Origin: Rhizodiscina lignyota
Taxonomy: Eukaryota
Assembly: GCA_010015805.1 (NCBI GenBank)
Contig: ML978132.1
Span: 744,001-808,000 of the forward strand
Length of the DNA stretch: 64,000 nucleotides
Direction: 5' to 3'
This document shows, one piece after another, positions 23,991 through 36,729 of the stretch (its first letter is position 1; each line of letters opens with the position of its first letter). The notes below the pieces were generated by a model that made no database searches, was not told the DNA's origin, and was given only the letters and a program-made list of their open reading frames with translations. Made by a program: the position numbers and the translations under genes.

Positions 23991-26900
23991 ATGTTTTTCC
24001 TGGATGAGCTCTACGGCGTAAAGGCTCCTCCAGGCTGGAAAAGACTCTCGCCTGCAGAGCAGCGCGATATGCTTTCAAGAAAAGGCCACAAGAGAAACGA
24101 TTCGGGTGGGAAGCGCAGTTCATTGTTTTCATTACGATCGACGGATGCAGCTATAACGAGTCACGGGACCTTCAATAAACGACAGTCACAAGTCCTGGCT
24201 TGGAACGGCGACAGCTCCGCATCCTCGCAGCGCTCATCGGAATCGCTTGTAGACCAACGAAACGGCAATGAGAGACCACACTCCAGAAGCTCAGGCAAGG
24301 GCAAGAAACTGACCCGCTTGAATCGCAAATCCGACAACTTCAATTCTCTGCTGCCACAACGTAGTCCGAACACAATTGCATCTGCCCCTTCACCTGTTTC
24401 CTCTGATGCATACTCATATTCTGTTAAGCGCAGTACTGGACTGGCGCCAGGTAGTAAGTGTCCAATCTCTTTTCCTTGGATGTCCTTCGCACAATCGACT
24501 GATACTCACGCGTCGCAGCCAAGATCCGAAAGCGTTACATTTCACCACCTTTCGATTTCGTCCACTTGACGCATACAAACCGCGATCAGATCCCAGATGT
24601 TCATCGTCTCAGTTATCATGAGCTGGCCTCCGAATTCGAAGCTGTTCAGGTCAACCAAATCCCGAGGCGGGGACTACATGGCATCCAGGCCGATGACCTA
24701 CGATTGGATGGTTACGCATCAGATGTTCCGCGTTCAAGCACTAGAAAGCATGCACTTCCAGCTTCCCGACCTAGGAAAGCTCCACCACTTCGCCCAAAGC
24801 GATCAGATGAGCTTCTCGATGAAGCGGCTAACATACCGTACGATACCATTGCGCTGAGACACGCCCGCTCTCTCGAAGCGTTTGATTACGCTCCTTCTCC
24901 TGTTCACTCAGATGCCCCTCCTCTTCCACAGCCACCCAGAATACCACCTCCACGAAGATCGTCCCGGAAAGACTGGCCGCTGGATCACGTAGCCAACTCA
25001 TTGCACGTTGCGACATCACAGGATGCACTATCCCCTCACTCACCTTCTCGAGCAGGCCCTGCCGTGTCTCCGAACACATTGTGGAACAAGTTTTCTACGA
25101 CAGGATTCGATAGTCCACTTCCAGATCGCTACTCGCCACGATCCCCCGCCGTCTCCCCTCCAGGGTTCCACCATTCTCCAGGATTCCAACCTCCACCTAT
25201 CCAACCCTATGCCGACGATCCGCTTTTGTCGCCTACGTATGGGAAGGAGCTCGAAAGGGTGCCTGAAGAGCCCGAGGATGTCCGATCTCAGAGAGCTAGT
25301 CAGGTCATGCACCAGGATTCACCAATCTCTGTCATTATAACGTCACATACGGATCCAGGAATCGACATGATGGCTCCAATCTCACGGTCATCATCTAACA
25401 GGAGTACCAAATCGCTTACAATTGCCGTTCCTCCCTCAGCTTCCATCACGAAAGCAATGAATTCCATTGATCCTACAGCATTAGCTGTTCTGGACGGCTC
25501 CCTTCAGAAACAATTACCATCGAGCGACGACTTTGCAGAAGTAATGGCTCAGTGCACACCTCAGAAAGCATCGCTTGCTCGCATGAATTCGAACGCATCT
25601 GATACTCTAGGTGGTTCATCACATCGTCGAGTTGCCCCACGGGGCACTACCCTTGCAGAGTCACCGGTCAATAATCTCCGGAGGCAGCAATCTGGAAGGC
25701 GGCGCCCTGGCGTCCGTGGACCTAAAGCTGGTCCCACGACTTCGTTCTACGACTCCGAAGACATCGACTGGGAAGACGACGTGGACTACTGCTATGACCA
25801 TCACATGGAAGCGCATTGCGATCTTGACTGGAACAATGTCAGCAGGTTGGACGTAGCATCTTCTGACGATGAGGACGTGCCGGAGCTCGACAATAGCGTG
25901 CCATCTGTAAACAGCATGCAGGATGAAAGGTTGCACCAGACTTCCCAAAGAGGGCAGAACAGGTCCAGGCACCTACGAACTTCACCAGAGAGGTCGAGCG
26001 GCGAAGAGTCTGTCCGCAAGCCAACGCCCCTGAGCAGTCATTGGGAATCCCCCAAATTGCTAGCAGCCAACGATGCAGCCGGACTGGGTGTTCCAAATTC
26101 AGAATTTGAACGCCATTCTGGGACCTCCGAGAGACAATCCGCAGAGTCCGATCAACCTCCCACTCCACGCGATAGCCATTTCACATTTCCCCCGCGGCGA
26201 ACTTCGATATCACATTACCACCACAATCGGACTCAGAGTGCAGGCGGGGTATCCCATTTTTCTTTTGACAAAGCCAGCCTTCTGTTACCACAAAATTACA
26301 AGAACGAGACGACGTACGAGGAAGCGTACGAGGAAATGTTGTCGGCGTACGACAGCCAAAGTCGCCATGGTACGCATGAGCAGAAGTACTATCCGTTTCT
26401 GGAGCAAAGCGCCGACTACGGTATGGAGAGCGAGTGGGCTGACGGTCGACCGAAAACGAGTCACGGTGCGGAGAATGCAAACCCGCAGGACTGGGGTCAC
26501 TTCAATCAGCCTGCCGCTGCTAGGAGCAGCTTTGAGAGCTCACAGTTACTGCCTTTCCCTTCGAATCCAGGACACAAACGCAAGTCTGCAAGCGTTGGTG
26601 CAGTCACAGACTTCGCAGCGCTTGGTCTCCCAGAGAAGAGTCTGCCGCCAATGGACGAAGGCATCCAACTCCTGCCGGAGAGTCCAGGATTGATGGATCA
26701 AGGCATCAAACTGCTTCCAGAGAGCGATGATGAAGCAGATGACGATGACGACGATTCTTCGTCCGAGCTCAAAGTCGACACGATCGTGGCGCAACTGCGC
26801 TCCCAGCTCGCCAGCCACCTGTCCTCACCAGCCTCACCGCCTCCTGAAGCCGCAATGGCGACCGATTTCGACGACCTTATGCTCCCGTCTCCTACTACAC

Positions 26901-27361
26901 GCATCATCAGCGCTCCCGCTACCGTCGCGGCACCGTCTCCTCGCTTCCCAGTTCCAGCCCTCCGAAACCTCACTTCTCTTCCCACGCCGCCACTTTCCGC
27001 GCCACCAATCCCTCACTCACGCTCTCCATCATCTCCCGCACGTTTCCTCGCAAAGCCACCCACACCTCCACTACATCGAAAGGTGAGCTCCGAAAGCACT
27101 ACGACGCGCAGTTCCTCGTACTCGCGAACAACTGGACGCACCGACCTGGATGAGAGAGATCCTATGTACCTTCCCCCAACGCCGCCAGCGCCTTTGGCGC
27201 CACCGAAAACGAGGAAGAGGAGCGGTAGTAGTGGATCTGCACTGAGCACGAAGAATCAGGCAAGGACCAGCTTTAGTTTATTTCCTCCCCTTCCGACCAA
27301 TTCGACCACGGCGAGTGCGCCGCCTGGAACGAGAAGGTCGAAAGCTGTCAATGCTCTCTGA
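23991..27361 (+). CDS. CRIB (Cdc42/Rac-binding) motif protein, ~1100 aa, mostly low-complexity S/P-rich
   Basis: Exon 1 from 23991 to 24450 or 24453, intron to CAG 24518, exon 2 24519-27361. Splicing restores KIRKRYISPPFDFVHLTHT, a CRIB consensus (ISxPxxFxHxxH) that is absent from the ORF track. Confidence 0.85.
26651..26725 (+). repeat. 42-nt internal duplication in the CRIB gene (MDEGIQLLPES / MDQGIKLLPES)
   Basis: atggacgaaggcatccaactcctgccggagag versus atggatcaaggcatcaaactgcttccagagag. Confidence 0.75.
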
Positions 27362-28687
27362 AGACCAGTTTCATTTGTTTGAGTTAAGCATTTTGGCATT
27401 TGAGAAGTTTGGATGCGTTAAAGCGTCTTCTGGTAGAATCTTAAATTGAGATTGGAGATATGATTACGATAATTGTGTTTGTATGAGGTTGTAGAAAGGA
27501 TACCAGGCTTCATCGGTTTTTAGGCTATATGCTCACACCTCGCAAGTATTTCCCTGTCCTTACTGTAGACATAGAGAATCTTGTAACACCAGAAATGGAC
27601 ATATTTGGCACACATCTTAACCTTTTCAGAGCTTCCCTATCTCGGGGTGATGATTGTAAAGTGCTTGAAGAACCTCAAAGATTTTTTGGAAAGCCCTAAC
27701 CCTCGTCCACAGATTCTTCCTTTCCCCTGCGCAAGTGTGAGCCTCTTCAGCCTCATCTATCATCTTGCATTCGACCCATATTTCGACTTATCCTGAAACG
27801 GTCAGCGGAACGCTAGAGTTTCGATCGTGGGCGCGGTTGCATCGCCTTATGCAGGCCTAGAAAAGATCCACTTTTGGTGCCTTTGGCTCCCGCCGATTTA
27901 GGCGGTCCACTTTCAATCTGGCGCCATGGTGAGGAATAGAAAATGGAGAAGCTGACGAATTTCGACCAGCTGGACGGCAGGTTGCCACCGAATGATAATG
28001 ATTTGTTCTTGAAAACTGGCTCAATCTGTTGACCTTGTGTGCGATTATATGTAGGCGCTCAACTTACAATTTGCACGCATCGATCAAGCATCGCTTTTAT
28101 TAGATACAATCGCTCAGCGTCTGGGGGGTGCGCGGAGGTTAATCTTTGGTTTGATTATGAACTGGAGCTCAAATTCCAGCTTACACATATAAATCGAGCC
28201 TTATCCCGGTTTAAGTAGTCATCCAGCTTCAGCTCTGCTGTGCGCAGGAGCTTAATTTACAGCTTGCTTTGGGAGATATAGCATCGCTTTATCAGAGTGC
28301 TGTTGAGAGGTTCGTATACCTTTATGAGTTAGAACGGCGTAAAAGCTGTCAGGTCAGCTATAACACCTTAAGGTTGGCAACTCTTACAGTTCAAGATCAG
28401 CGAGAGTATCTCTGAAAGCTCACTTCTAACTAATCAGAAGATAGAAATAATAGCACCCTCTTGAAAACTTTTGGGTACTTCGTTGGCTCTGGAGGCTACA
28501 CGTCTAGCTTGTTGATATCTTGAAAATAGTGGCTAGCATTTTCGGTACTCTCAAGCGATGGTACGGCACGCAGTCACAAACACATCGCTAATGCATTTTG
28601 ACTGATCGTCTCACAGCTTGGGACAAGTTTGAATTGTATGTTCAAGTTCATTCCATCTTAACTAGGATCTATCGGACCCTCCCTTAA

Positions 28688-31600
28688 TTAAAGCGCCAAA
28701 TCATACATCATACAAGCTCCTGTTCGAAAATTATAGACAAAAACGACCCTTCCTCCCTCTCCTCCTTCCTCCTCCACATCCGCACCATCCACCCCTCCCC
28801 CCTCCCTCCTCGTCTTCGCGTACGTCTCCAGCATATCTTGCACCTGCCCAAGATACTGCCTCTCATTCAACGGCGCCACTTGAATCGCCTTCCTCCAGCT
28901 CTCCGCATCACTCAGTCGCGTTGCACGAATGCGCTCTAGATTCTCGTCGCGCGTCTCTACCGCCACGATCGGGGCGTTGGAGTATGAGCCCAGCAGCTCG
29001 CGCGCACGGGTCTGCGCTGCTTCGACAACGTTCCATTTGTTGGACTTCTTGCTTCGGTGCTGCGCCATGAGTACCTGTACGTTGTTGGTCGCGCGGGTGG
29101 CGGTGCTGATGTTGGCGGTGGCAGAGTCGGGTTGGCTGGTGTGGTGGCGGAGACGGGCGCGTTCGCCTTCGCGCTGCTCGCGATCGCGAAGTTCGGAGCG
29201 CATGTGCTGGATGAGGTTGGATGTGTAGACGTCTGAGTCTTCCTTTGTGACGAGGTTGCGAATCTTCAGCTCTGGCTTGCCGCTGTTCACACTGTCTTGC
29301 TTCACCATAATGATCCAGTTGTATTTCTCGTCGCGATAGTGCGATTGCAGGTCTTCCACTGAGCGTGTGTCAACTGCCAGTTCGGCGTTCATGTCGTGTT
29401 TCCAAAGCTCAGAAAGGATCTTGATGCCCGTCGTTCGGAGTATTTTGGGATCGAAAGCCGCCACAAGAGTGTCGCAGCGTCTGAGGGCTGAAGGAGCGTC
29501 CTCTTCATCATCCTTGTTTTGAGACTTGCGGGAAGACTTCTTGACATCGCTACGATAGTGACGTGCCATAGATGCAACGAGATTATCCCATCCAATGTTG
29601 ACGCCAACGGCATGCGTTGATACGAACGGTGCACCATGTACCTTTGGCCGATACTCTTCAACAAGGCTGTCATACCTTCCGCCGGCAGCAAGAACAGTGC
29701 GCTTCTTCGTATCGTATAGACATTGAAACAGGATTCCTCGTGAGTAGAACTTCTCGTTGAAGCTGCTTAGTGGGCTGATGTACACCTTGGCGGAAACGTG
29801 GAACTGCTTCAAGTACTTTAGTAGCGTGCGTAGATGGTCATACGTCGGACCCAGCTTGCCAAGCAGCTCTGTCCCTTCAAAGATGGATTCAATCTTCTTG
29901 AACGCCTTCTCTGGTGTATCGCGAAAGTCAAAGCGGCTGAGATCGTCTAAGGAAGTTGACGAGACCCCGAGGGTCGGAGCACGTAGCTCGCTACGCACCT
30001 TCTGCCAAGTGTTGCCATGAAGGTTGAGCTTACTAATGACTTCTTTCACAGCTGGCCGCTGTGGCTTTGAAATACGACAGAAATCCATGATGAAGTCAAG
30101 GAGGTTTGAGTGGTTGACGTGAAAGCACATTTGGCTTGCGTTAAGGGAGGGAAAAGCTTCGACAATCTCGTCAACAACTTTGATGACTTCTGCCTCCTTT
30201 AGAGCAAGATCTTGAGAACTGTGGGAGATGATGTCGAAGTCTGCTTCTCCATGAGAATGGGGTGCGCCTCCCGTGAAAGTGTCCCGGTAAACATTGCTGA
30301 ATGCAAATGTCTTGTCTGCTGGCGGCTGCTGTTTGGCTAGTCTGCGAGCATATGGTACAGTAAGGTCGTACGGAAGTTGTACCAAGGTCCCGGAAGGATC
30401 CAGGAGTTTAACAGCATTGCTGTTTGAATAGTGCGCCGAAAATGGAAAGACGCCCGTTCTCGGGTCCTCCGAAGCGCCATGGCGGCGGTAAATTGCCATG
30501 AGAGTCTCCTTGACTTGGTTTCGCATGAGACTATCTACTATGGCGGCATTATCACCAGGTTTTATCTGATTAGACGAGGATTTGAGATCCCACGTGAAAT
30601 CCTTGACCTGGCTGTCAGCGCTCTGTGCGAAGAGAGCAGACGTCATCTTTTGGTAGTACGGTGAAGAAGGATCCGACAGCCCACGAAGTGCCTCTTGAAT
30701 TGTTTCATCTTCAATTTGAAGTGGAACCTTTCCGCTTCGAAGAAGTTCCACGCTGCTTGGTCGCTCGCTCGGTCGATGGCTAATCAGCGACATGATCACC
30801 TCGCCTTGAAGTGCCTTCTCCGGCATGTTGAACTCTTGGGGTAAAGTGTGTTCCTTTTCTCGAATGCGTTTGAGGACGGTTAATCTTTCCATGGCCGTCT
30901 TGAGTGGGTAGCACATCTCAAAGAAGATGATCCCGAATGAGTACATGTCGACTTTGTCATTGTAGTTTCCAGCGCCAGTAGCGTCTGAGCGAAGCTCGGG
31001 TGCAACGTAAAGCGCAGTGCCAACACTCCTAGTCATATCTCCCATGGTACCGGTTCCCCGGTTGCCCGGTTGACTTTGGCTATCATTTGGTGCAGATAGC
31101 CCAGAGTTCACCCTATCGGCAAGCTGATATTGACCACTTGTGGCGAGACCGAAATCGCCAATCCGAGGATTGTTTGTAACATCGATGAAGATATTATCAG
31201 GCTTGAGGTCACGATGGATGATGCCGTGACTATGGATATGAACAAGTCCTTCCAAGATCTGTCGGAAGAGGCGCCAGCTTTCCTCAGGCGAGTAAGGTAG
31301 CTCCCTCAATATCAGATCACGTAGCGTATGTCTCTCGCAGTACTCCATTTGGATGTATAGCGTAGATTTGGTCGGTCGTGCGGATCGCGAGCTAGACGTG
31401 GTTCGTCGAAGCTTTAGTGACTTGCCTTTGGATATGTCTGCCTGAGTGCCTGTGGCCGAATTGTCCTCGTCTCCAGAAGTCACGGCCACAGAATCATTAT
31501 CATCGGAATCACCCCCATCACCACCTTCACCACCCTCAGAGTCGCCGTCGGAATCGTCGGAATCATTTCCAAATTGGATTTTGAACCCACTGGAGCTGAC

Positions 31601-33673
31601 AAAGTCCAGTCCGCGAGAACTCGGGCCAAAGTCTAATGTAGGCTTCATGTCGAATGAGGGTTCAGCATCACTCGTAGCGGTTGCTGTCGTGGTGTCTTCA
31701 TCGGTAGCGTCCAGCTCAGAAGCGAATTCTTCTTCTGGCCACGCTGTGTAATAGCGAACAACGTATGGATGGTTCAGCCGCGAGAGAAGCATGACTTCGG
31801 ACAGCAGGTTGGAAAGCTCGGATGGCGACTTTGAAACGATTTTCTTAATGGCATAAACTCGACCATCAAGCTTGTTGCGGGCCTTGACAACTTCTCCATA
31901 TCCACCTTTACCTAATCGTCCCACTTCGACCCATTCACTACCATACCGAGACACAGGGTGTCCAAATCCAAGCGAGGATCCTCGGCGACCACGGTTGTTG
32001 CGGTTCAATGCTTGTGGCACTGACACGGTGGATGAGACGCGATCTAAGACTTCCTCCAAAATAGGCGCATCGCTTCTGAAAAATTCATTTGGAATAAGGT
32101 CAAATGCAGTCGGCCTCCGTTTCGGATCTTCTCTGAAGAATGCAATGAGCAATTCCTCAAGTGGCTCCGAGAGACCGAGCGCATTGAACATCGATACCGG
32201 GCTGACATACTTCTTCGTTGCATCGAGGCCGAACAACATCTGAACGAAGACTACTCCAGCTTCCCAAATGTCAGTCTTGCGAGTCTTTTTGCGTTCTGAA
32301 GCCAGTTCGGGAGGTGGCCACTTTGGAGCGAATAGCGTTGGCAATTTAGCTTTCGTCGAAGTGAGGTCGTTGATAGTATAAAGCTCATCTTGAAAACTGG
32401 CGTCCGAGAGTTTGACAGCAGTGGCACCAGTCAACATGGACCGGGAGAGCAGAACATTGTCAGCATGGATTCTTTTGTGCACTATACCGTTGCGGTGGTA
32501 AAAGTCGAGTGCCTCCAGAATTTGAATGGTCCAGATACGCACATTTTCAGAAGGTGCTGATGCGACCATCTCGAGCATTTCTTGAAGAGATCCTTTGTTG
32601 GCGTACTCAACCAGTATGCTGATATCCCAAGCTGCGTCGATGTTGCTTTCAATGCTGTACTCAAGCACATTGATAGCACTTTCGTGTCTTAGGCTCTTGA
32701 GCTGCTCAAGCTCACGCTCGAGATCAAAGATGCCCTTCTTGACCTGTGAATCGCGTGCTTTCTGATTCGATCCAGAGATCTGAATTCTTTTGAGAATGAG
32801 ACAGGTCGCAATAGTTGGTGCTTGAGCCGTGCAGGGCTGAGCCGTCATCACTTTTGTCAGTGCTCCTTTACGAATCTGAACGACGCGATTGACAGCGCTG
32901 AAGTCAGTCACCGAGCCTTCGATGTTCATGGTGATCGGACGCTGAAAGTCGACGGCGTTATCGGCAGAGTCTCCTTCGAACATGTGTGCGCCATCTACCG
33001 GACTGAGTATTGCAGGATGTGAAGGCCTTGCTCTACGCTTCTCACGCTTGGACATTTCCCGGTCTACCATATCTTGAAGACCTCTCTGTTCTTCAGCCTG
33101 TTCCGCCTCTTTCTGCTTTTGGAGCTCTGACTGTTGCTGCATAGCAATCTGCTTGGCTGCAGCTTCCTGCACTGCACGCTCTTCATCAAGGCTAGGTGCA
33201 GCATCGGCCTTCTGTTGACGGGCTATTTGTTGCTGTGCTGCATCTTCGAGTATGTCTTGGATAGATGTAGCAAGTTCATGAATCATGACCTCACCGAGAA
33301 GCTCGGCTGGCTTTGTCATGAGCAGACTCTTGACTTCTCTGATAGCGCTCCCTGGGACCTCTGGGCTGAAAGTTTGTGAGAGTATTGGCAGCGTCTTCGG
33401 GTAAGTTGCAGTTAGTTTGACAGACAGGATAAGAGAAATCGTGTCATCGGATGGTGCTTTCAAGCGGAGGTTGAAAGCTTTGTCGGTAGAATTCCATGCT
33501 CGCTTAGTTTTTACTTCTTCGAAGTCTTCCATGTAAATTGCCTGGAGCACTTCGAGCTCTTCCTGTTGCGCCTGGGCATAGTCCATGTGGACAGCCGGCT
33601 CGATCGGAGTTGGAGATTCATTCTTTGATGGTCCCTGAGCGCCAGCCTTCTTCCATGGGGATTTTGGAGGCAT
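28688..33673 (-). CDS. GCN2: eIF2-alpha kinase Gcn2 (CpcC/Cpc-3)
   Basis: Intronless 1661-aa ORF with RWD domain (QQEELEVLQAIY..YP), pseudokinase, kinase (LGKGGYGEV, YAIKK, IIHRDLKPDNIF, IGDFGLA, GTALYVAPE) and HisRS-like domain (LPYDLTVPYAR, AAGGRYD). Confidence 0.97.
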   Translation of the reverse strand: MPPKSPWKKAGAQGPSKNESPTPIEPAVHMDYAQAQQEELEVLQAIYMEDFEEVKTKRAWNSTDKAFNLRLKAPSDDTISLILSVKLTATYPKTLPILSQTFSPEVPGSAIREVKSLLMTKPAELLGEVMIHELATSIQDILEDAAQQQIARQQKADAAPSLDEERAVQEAAAKQIAMQQQSELQKQKEAEQAEEQRGLQDMVDREMSKREKRRARPSHPAILSPVDGAHMFEGDSADNAVDFQRPITMNIEGSVTDFSAVNRVVQIRKGALTKVMTAQPCTAQAPTIATCLILKRIQISGSNQKARDSQVKKGIFDLERELEQLKSLRHESAINVLEYSIESNIDAAWDISILVEYANKGSLQEMLEMVASAPSENVRIWTIQILEALDFYHRNGIVHKRIHADNVLLSRSMLTGATAVKLSDASFQDELYTINDLTSTKAKLPTLFAPKWPPPELASERKKTRKTDIWEAGVVFVQMLFGLDATKKYVSPVSMFNALGLSEPLEELLIAFFREDPKRRPTAFDLIPNEFFRSDAPILEEVLDRVSSTVSVPQALNRNNRGRRGSSLGFGHPVSRYGSEWVEVGRLGKGGYGEVVKARNKLDGRVYAIKKIVSKSPSELSNLLSEVMLLSRLNHPYVVRYYTAWPEEEFASELDATDEDTTTATATSDAEPSFDMKPTLDFGPSSRGLDFVSSSGFKIQFGNDSDDSDGDSEGGEGGDGGDSDDNDSVAVTSGDEDNSATGTQADISKGKSLKLRRTTSSSRSARPTKSTLYIQMEYCERHTLRDLILRELPYSPEESWRLFRQILEGLVHIHSHGIIHRDLKPDNIFIDVTNNPRIGDFGLATSGQYQLADRVNSGLSAPNDSQSQPGNRGTGTMGDMTRSVGTALYVAPELRSDATGAGNYNDKVDMYSFGIIFFEMCYPLKTAMERLTVLKRIREKEHTLPQEFNMPEKALQGEVIMSLISHRPSERPSSVELLRSGKVPLQIEDETIQEALRGLSDPSSPYYQKMTSALFAQSADSQVKDFTWDLKSSSNQIKPGDNAAIVDSLMRNQVKETLMAIYRRHGASEDPRTGVFPFSAHYSNSNAVKLLDPSGTLVQLPYDLTVPYARRLAKQQPPADKTFAFSNVYRDTFTGGAPHSHGEADFDIISHSSQDLALKEAEVIKVVDEIVEAFPSLNASQMCFHVNHSNLLDFIMDFCRISKPQRPAVKEVISKLNLHGNTWQKVRSELRAPTLGVSSTSLDDLSRFDFRDTPEKAFKKIESIFEGTELLGKLGPTYDHLRTLLKYLKQFHVSAKVYISPLSSFNEKFYSRGILFQCLYDTKKRTVLAAGGRYDSLVEEYRPKVHGAPFVSTHAVGVNIGWDNLVASMARHYRSDVKKSSRKSQNKDDEEDAPSALRRCDTLVAAFDPKILRTTGIKILSELWKHDMNAELAVDTRSVEDLQSHYRDEKYNWIIMVKQDSVNSGKPELKIRNLVTKEDSDVYTSNLIQHMRSELRDREQREGERARLRHHTSQPDSATANISTATRATNNVQVLMAQHRSKKSNKWNVVEAAQTRARELLGSYSNAPIVAVETRDENLERIRATRLSDAESWRKAIQVAPLNERQYLGQVQDMLETYAKTRREGGGVDGADVEEEGGEGGRVVFVYNFRTGACMMYDLAL

Positions 33674-34163
33674 GATGAGAGATTAGTCAGTACATCGAGA
33701 GCACATCACCCAAGGTCTTTGCCAATGTGGATATTGAGAAGTGATGGTGCACTTTGATGGTCCCGATGTATTCGAAGTGCGCCTTGTGGCGCGGCACCGA
33801 AAGACTGACAGCCGAAGCTGCAGTCTACGGGAAGAACATGTTTTGAATTAATTTCCTCCAGTGTTTGGTGACGTACTCCGCAGATGGAGTGTTTAAACAC
33901 GTCGAGAAGACGGTGTAAGGGCAAATGACTGGTCAGCGCCACAGCGCAGCGGATCTTGCCGTGACACAAGTCTTGGCATTCTCTCCAGAAGTTGCGACGC
34001 AATACGTGAGGCACGCATCGGCTTTGCGATTGCACTTGTATTAGACGACATCTCCTGCGCGACTACGTTTCACGGCGATATCTTACCGAGATCTTGATCT
34101 CATTTAATCCGAGAATCGCGATTGGCAAGTGTTGCTCTTGGAAGCCACCATAGCACACCGGAC

Positions 34164-34195
34164 GACGTCACTGGACGCGCTGTAAACAAACGCGA
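34164..34195. promoter_or_regulatory. Cell-cycle-type promoter cluster: GACGTCA, ACGCG, forkhead GTAAACAAA and ACGCGA upstream of the Cut12-domain gene
   Basis: gacgtcactggACGCGctGTAAACAAACGCGA read directly, about 155-185 bp upstream of ATG 34348. Confidence 0.5.
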
Positions 34196-34347
34196 CAACA
34201 AACCGCAAAGTCACAGCAACGCTCAACTGTACAATCGTTTACGCTACATTACAAGTTGAATTGGACTTCTGTATCACTCAGCATACGCAAAACTATATTT
34301 TGAATGGATTGACCAGACTGCGTAACACGGATCCTATCTGGCCCGTA

Positions 34348-36205
34348 ATGCTCTCTTGGATCACCGGCTCGCGCATCACGGATGTCGCAGGGCTAGATTT
34401 GCCTAGTGCGATTTCATATCGATATTATTAGTGGATTAAAAACTGACTTCCGTATAGATACAAATGGGGAATCATTCATCGAGCCTCCAGAAACTCCCGC
34501 GCCGGTCTTTGCTGTGCGCGCCTTCAAACATGCGATCTTCGGCACACCGAAACCTTTCGAAGAGACCTTATTAGAACCATCTATCCCCAGGCGTACCGCT
34601 TCCAAGTCATCAAAATTACAAGGACTCGACGAAAGAGGGAGAAAGCATCATCTCCCACCACCGACTGCGAGGCCAAGCCCACCCTCTCCGACGAAACCAG
34701 CTAGCATTCTCATGACACCTGGCACTGTCAACGGCAGGAGGAAGAATGTCACATTTGGCAAGGAGGTGCTGGATAATGAAGATAAGAAGCCGATACAGTC
34801 GTCAAAGACTGGGCTTCCAAATACTTTTCCCGGCAAATTTCCAAGTCCATATACACCCAAAATCAAGACATTTGCAGATATTGATTTGGATATAGGGGCT
34901 AGACAGGATGGTAAAGACGTCGGGCAAACGAAGAGTTTGACCACCCCAAAACCAAAACCACGAGCAAAGGACGACGCGGACATTACAATTGACTTGATGG
35001 AACCTCGATCTCAATCTGGTCGTTACTGGAAAGAGCACTTCGACTCGTACTCTACGCAAAGCGAGAAACAGGTCAGGAAGTTGATTGCAAAGCAGAAATT
35101 GGCCAAGGACTTTGCAAAAAACAGAGATTCGGAGGTCACCGAACTCAAACTTAAGCTAGAAAGCGAAAGGAAGAAGTATAGGGCACGTGAAAAGAGTTGG
35201 AATGAACAAATGAAGGATATGCAGCAGAGACTACGGACAGCGATTGCGGAGAACTCGCGATATGCAGCAGAGATTGCGCTGCTGAGACAACAGTTGGAAT
35301 CGCGGAGTGCTCCGCAGAAGGACGACAAGCTTTCACCGGATCAAAAGAATCGGAATCCAGCGGAGCAGCAGGTCAAACCTGATCCAGGAGAGCCTCAACT
35401 TCCTGGAGACACTCAAAGCGCCAAAGCTGGCACTCCATCTTCGTCGAAAGCCCCATCTCTGCAACCCCCTTCCGACCCCCTAACTGGCTCCCAATCCTCC
35501 ATCAAATCGAAGGACCGCTCCTCCCATGGCTACCGCGTCAGCAAACGTCCCATAACCGTCACAACTGCACGCACGCGCACAGGACAGCCATTCACTACCA
35601 ATGCGAAGGGTACAGATGCTCCCACCGCTTCCCAGGGGGGGAACGTAGTTGCTATACTCCAAGCTTCCAAGCAAGACGACTCCGTCATCGTAACCTCATC
35701 CGATGCAGACCTTTGGAACCTTTCGAACATCGAATCCTCCCACCTCTCACATAAAGCGCCAAGCGCGAAGAAAAGCCTTTCGCAGCCTTTTCAGACCGAA
35801 GATATATCAAAACCAAACAACCCCACCAAAGCAGCCGCCGCGTCCAGCGAGACCAGCAAAGTCGAAGCCATCACGTCTGTCGCCGTCGTTAATACTTCTG
35901 CCCTAACGGCGCAGCAAATATCAAAACTATCTGACACTTTTGGTGGAGAATCGAAAGTACTGGCTGCCGGAAGTGAGAAAGAAAATGGTGAAGCCACGCC
36001 AAAGCATTTCCCCGGCACCCCAAAGAATCGCAGACGGCCGCTGGAGTCTACTCTCGCCAATGCGAAGACGAGTCTAGAACTGTCGAGGGAGGCGGGTGCA
36101 AAAGCGAGGATTGCGGCGAGGCGTGCGCAAAAGAAGGCAAAAGGAGCGGATGATAAGGGAGAAGATGGCGGGGGGAAGGAAAATGGTGTAACTATAACTG
36201 CTTGA
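34348..36205 (+). CDS. cut12: Spindle pole body-associated Cut12-domain protein
   Basis: Exons 34348-34405 and 34458-36205. Contains MLSWITG, EPPETPAPVFAVRAFKHAIFGTP, ILMTPGT, FPGKFPSP and TIDLMEPRSQSGRYWK followed by coiled coil. Confidence 0.85.
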
Positions 36206-36729
36206 TGTCATGTGCAGCCGAGGCGTTTGTGCTCCGTTTTTGAGTTGGTCACTGATACCCATGTACCGTTGAGGTGTTATTCAAGTATTGAAATCGATCC
36301 AACTGTGCTCATGCATTAGAGACACGACCTGATTGATTTCCTTGGAATTGTGAATTCGTTCCTTCGTATGAGAAACACCTATTAACCGTACCTACACGGT
36401 TACATTCTCCTGGAGTGCTGCCAATTTGAGCCACGGCCGCCCGTCAGAAGCACAAGAGAGGAAAGAGAGTACAAGCCATTTGAAACGCCAAAGTCCATGC
36501 AATGCAGAATGCAGCAAATGTGTGAGTACGAGAGAGCCGCGACCAATGATGCAAGGAAAATGCAACAGCCGTGCCGCCTAAGCCTGAGAACGCCACGCTT
36601 ATAATAATGGCCGATGAGAGACGAGAAGAGAAGAAAATGCTGAGATGGCGGCTGCAATGGATCCTCCGGTGGTCCAATCAAATCTCACATATGCCATCCC
36701 TGAGTTATGCATCCAGTCTGTTCCGACCT

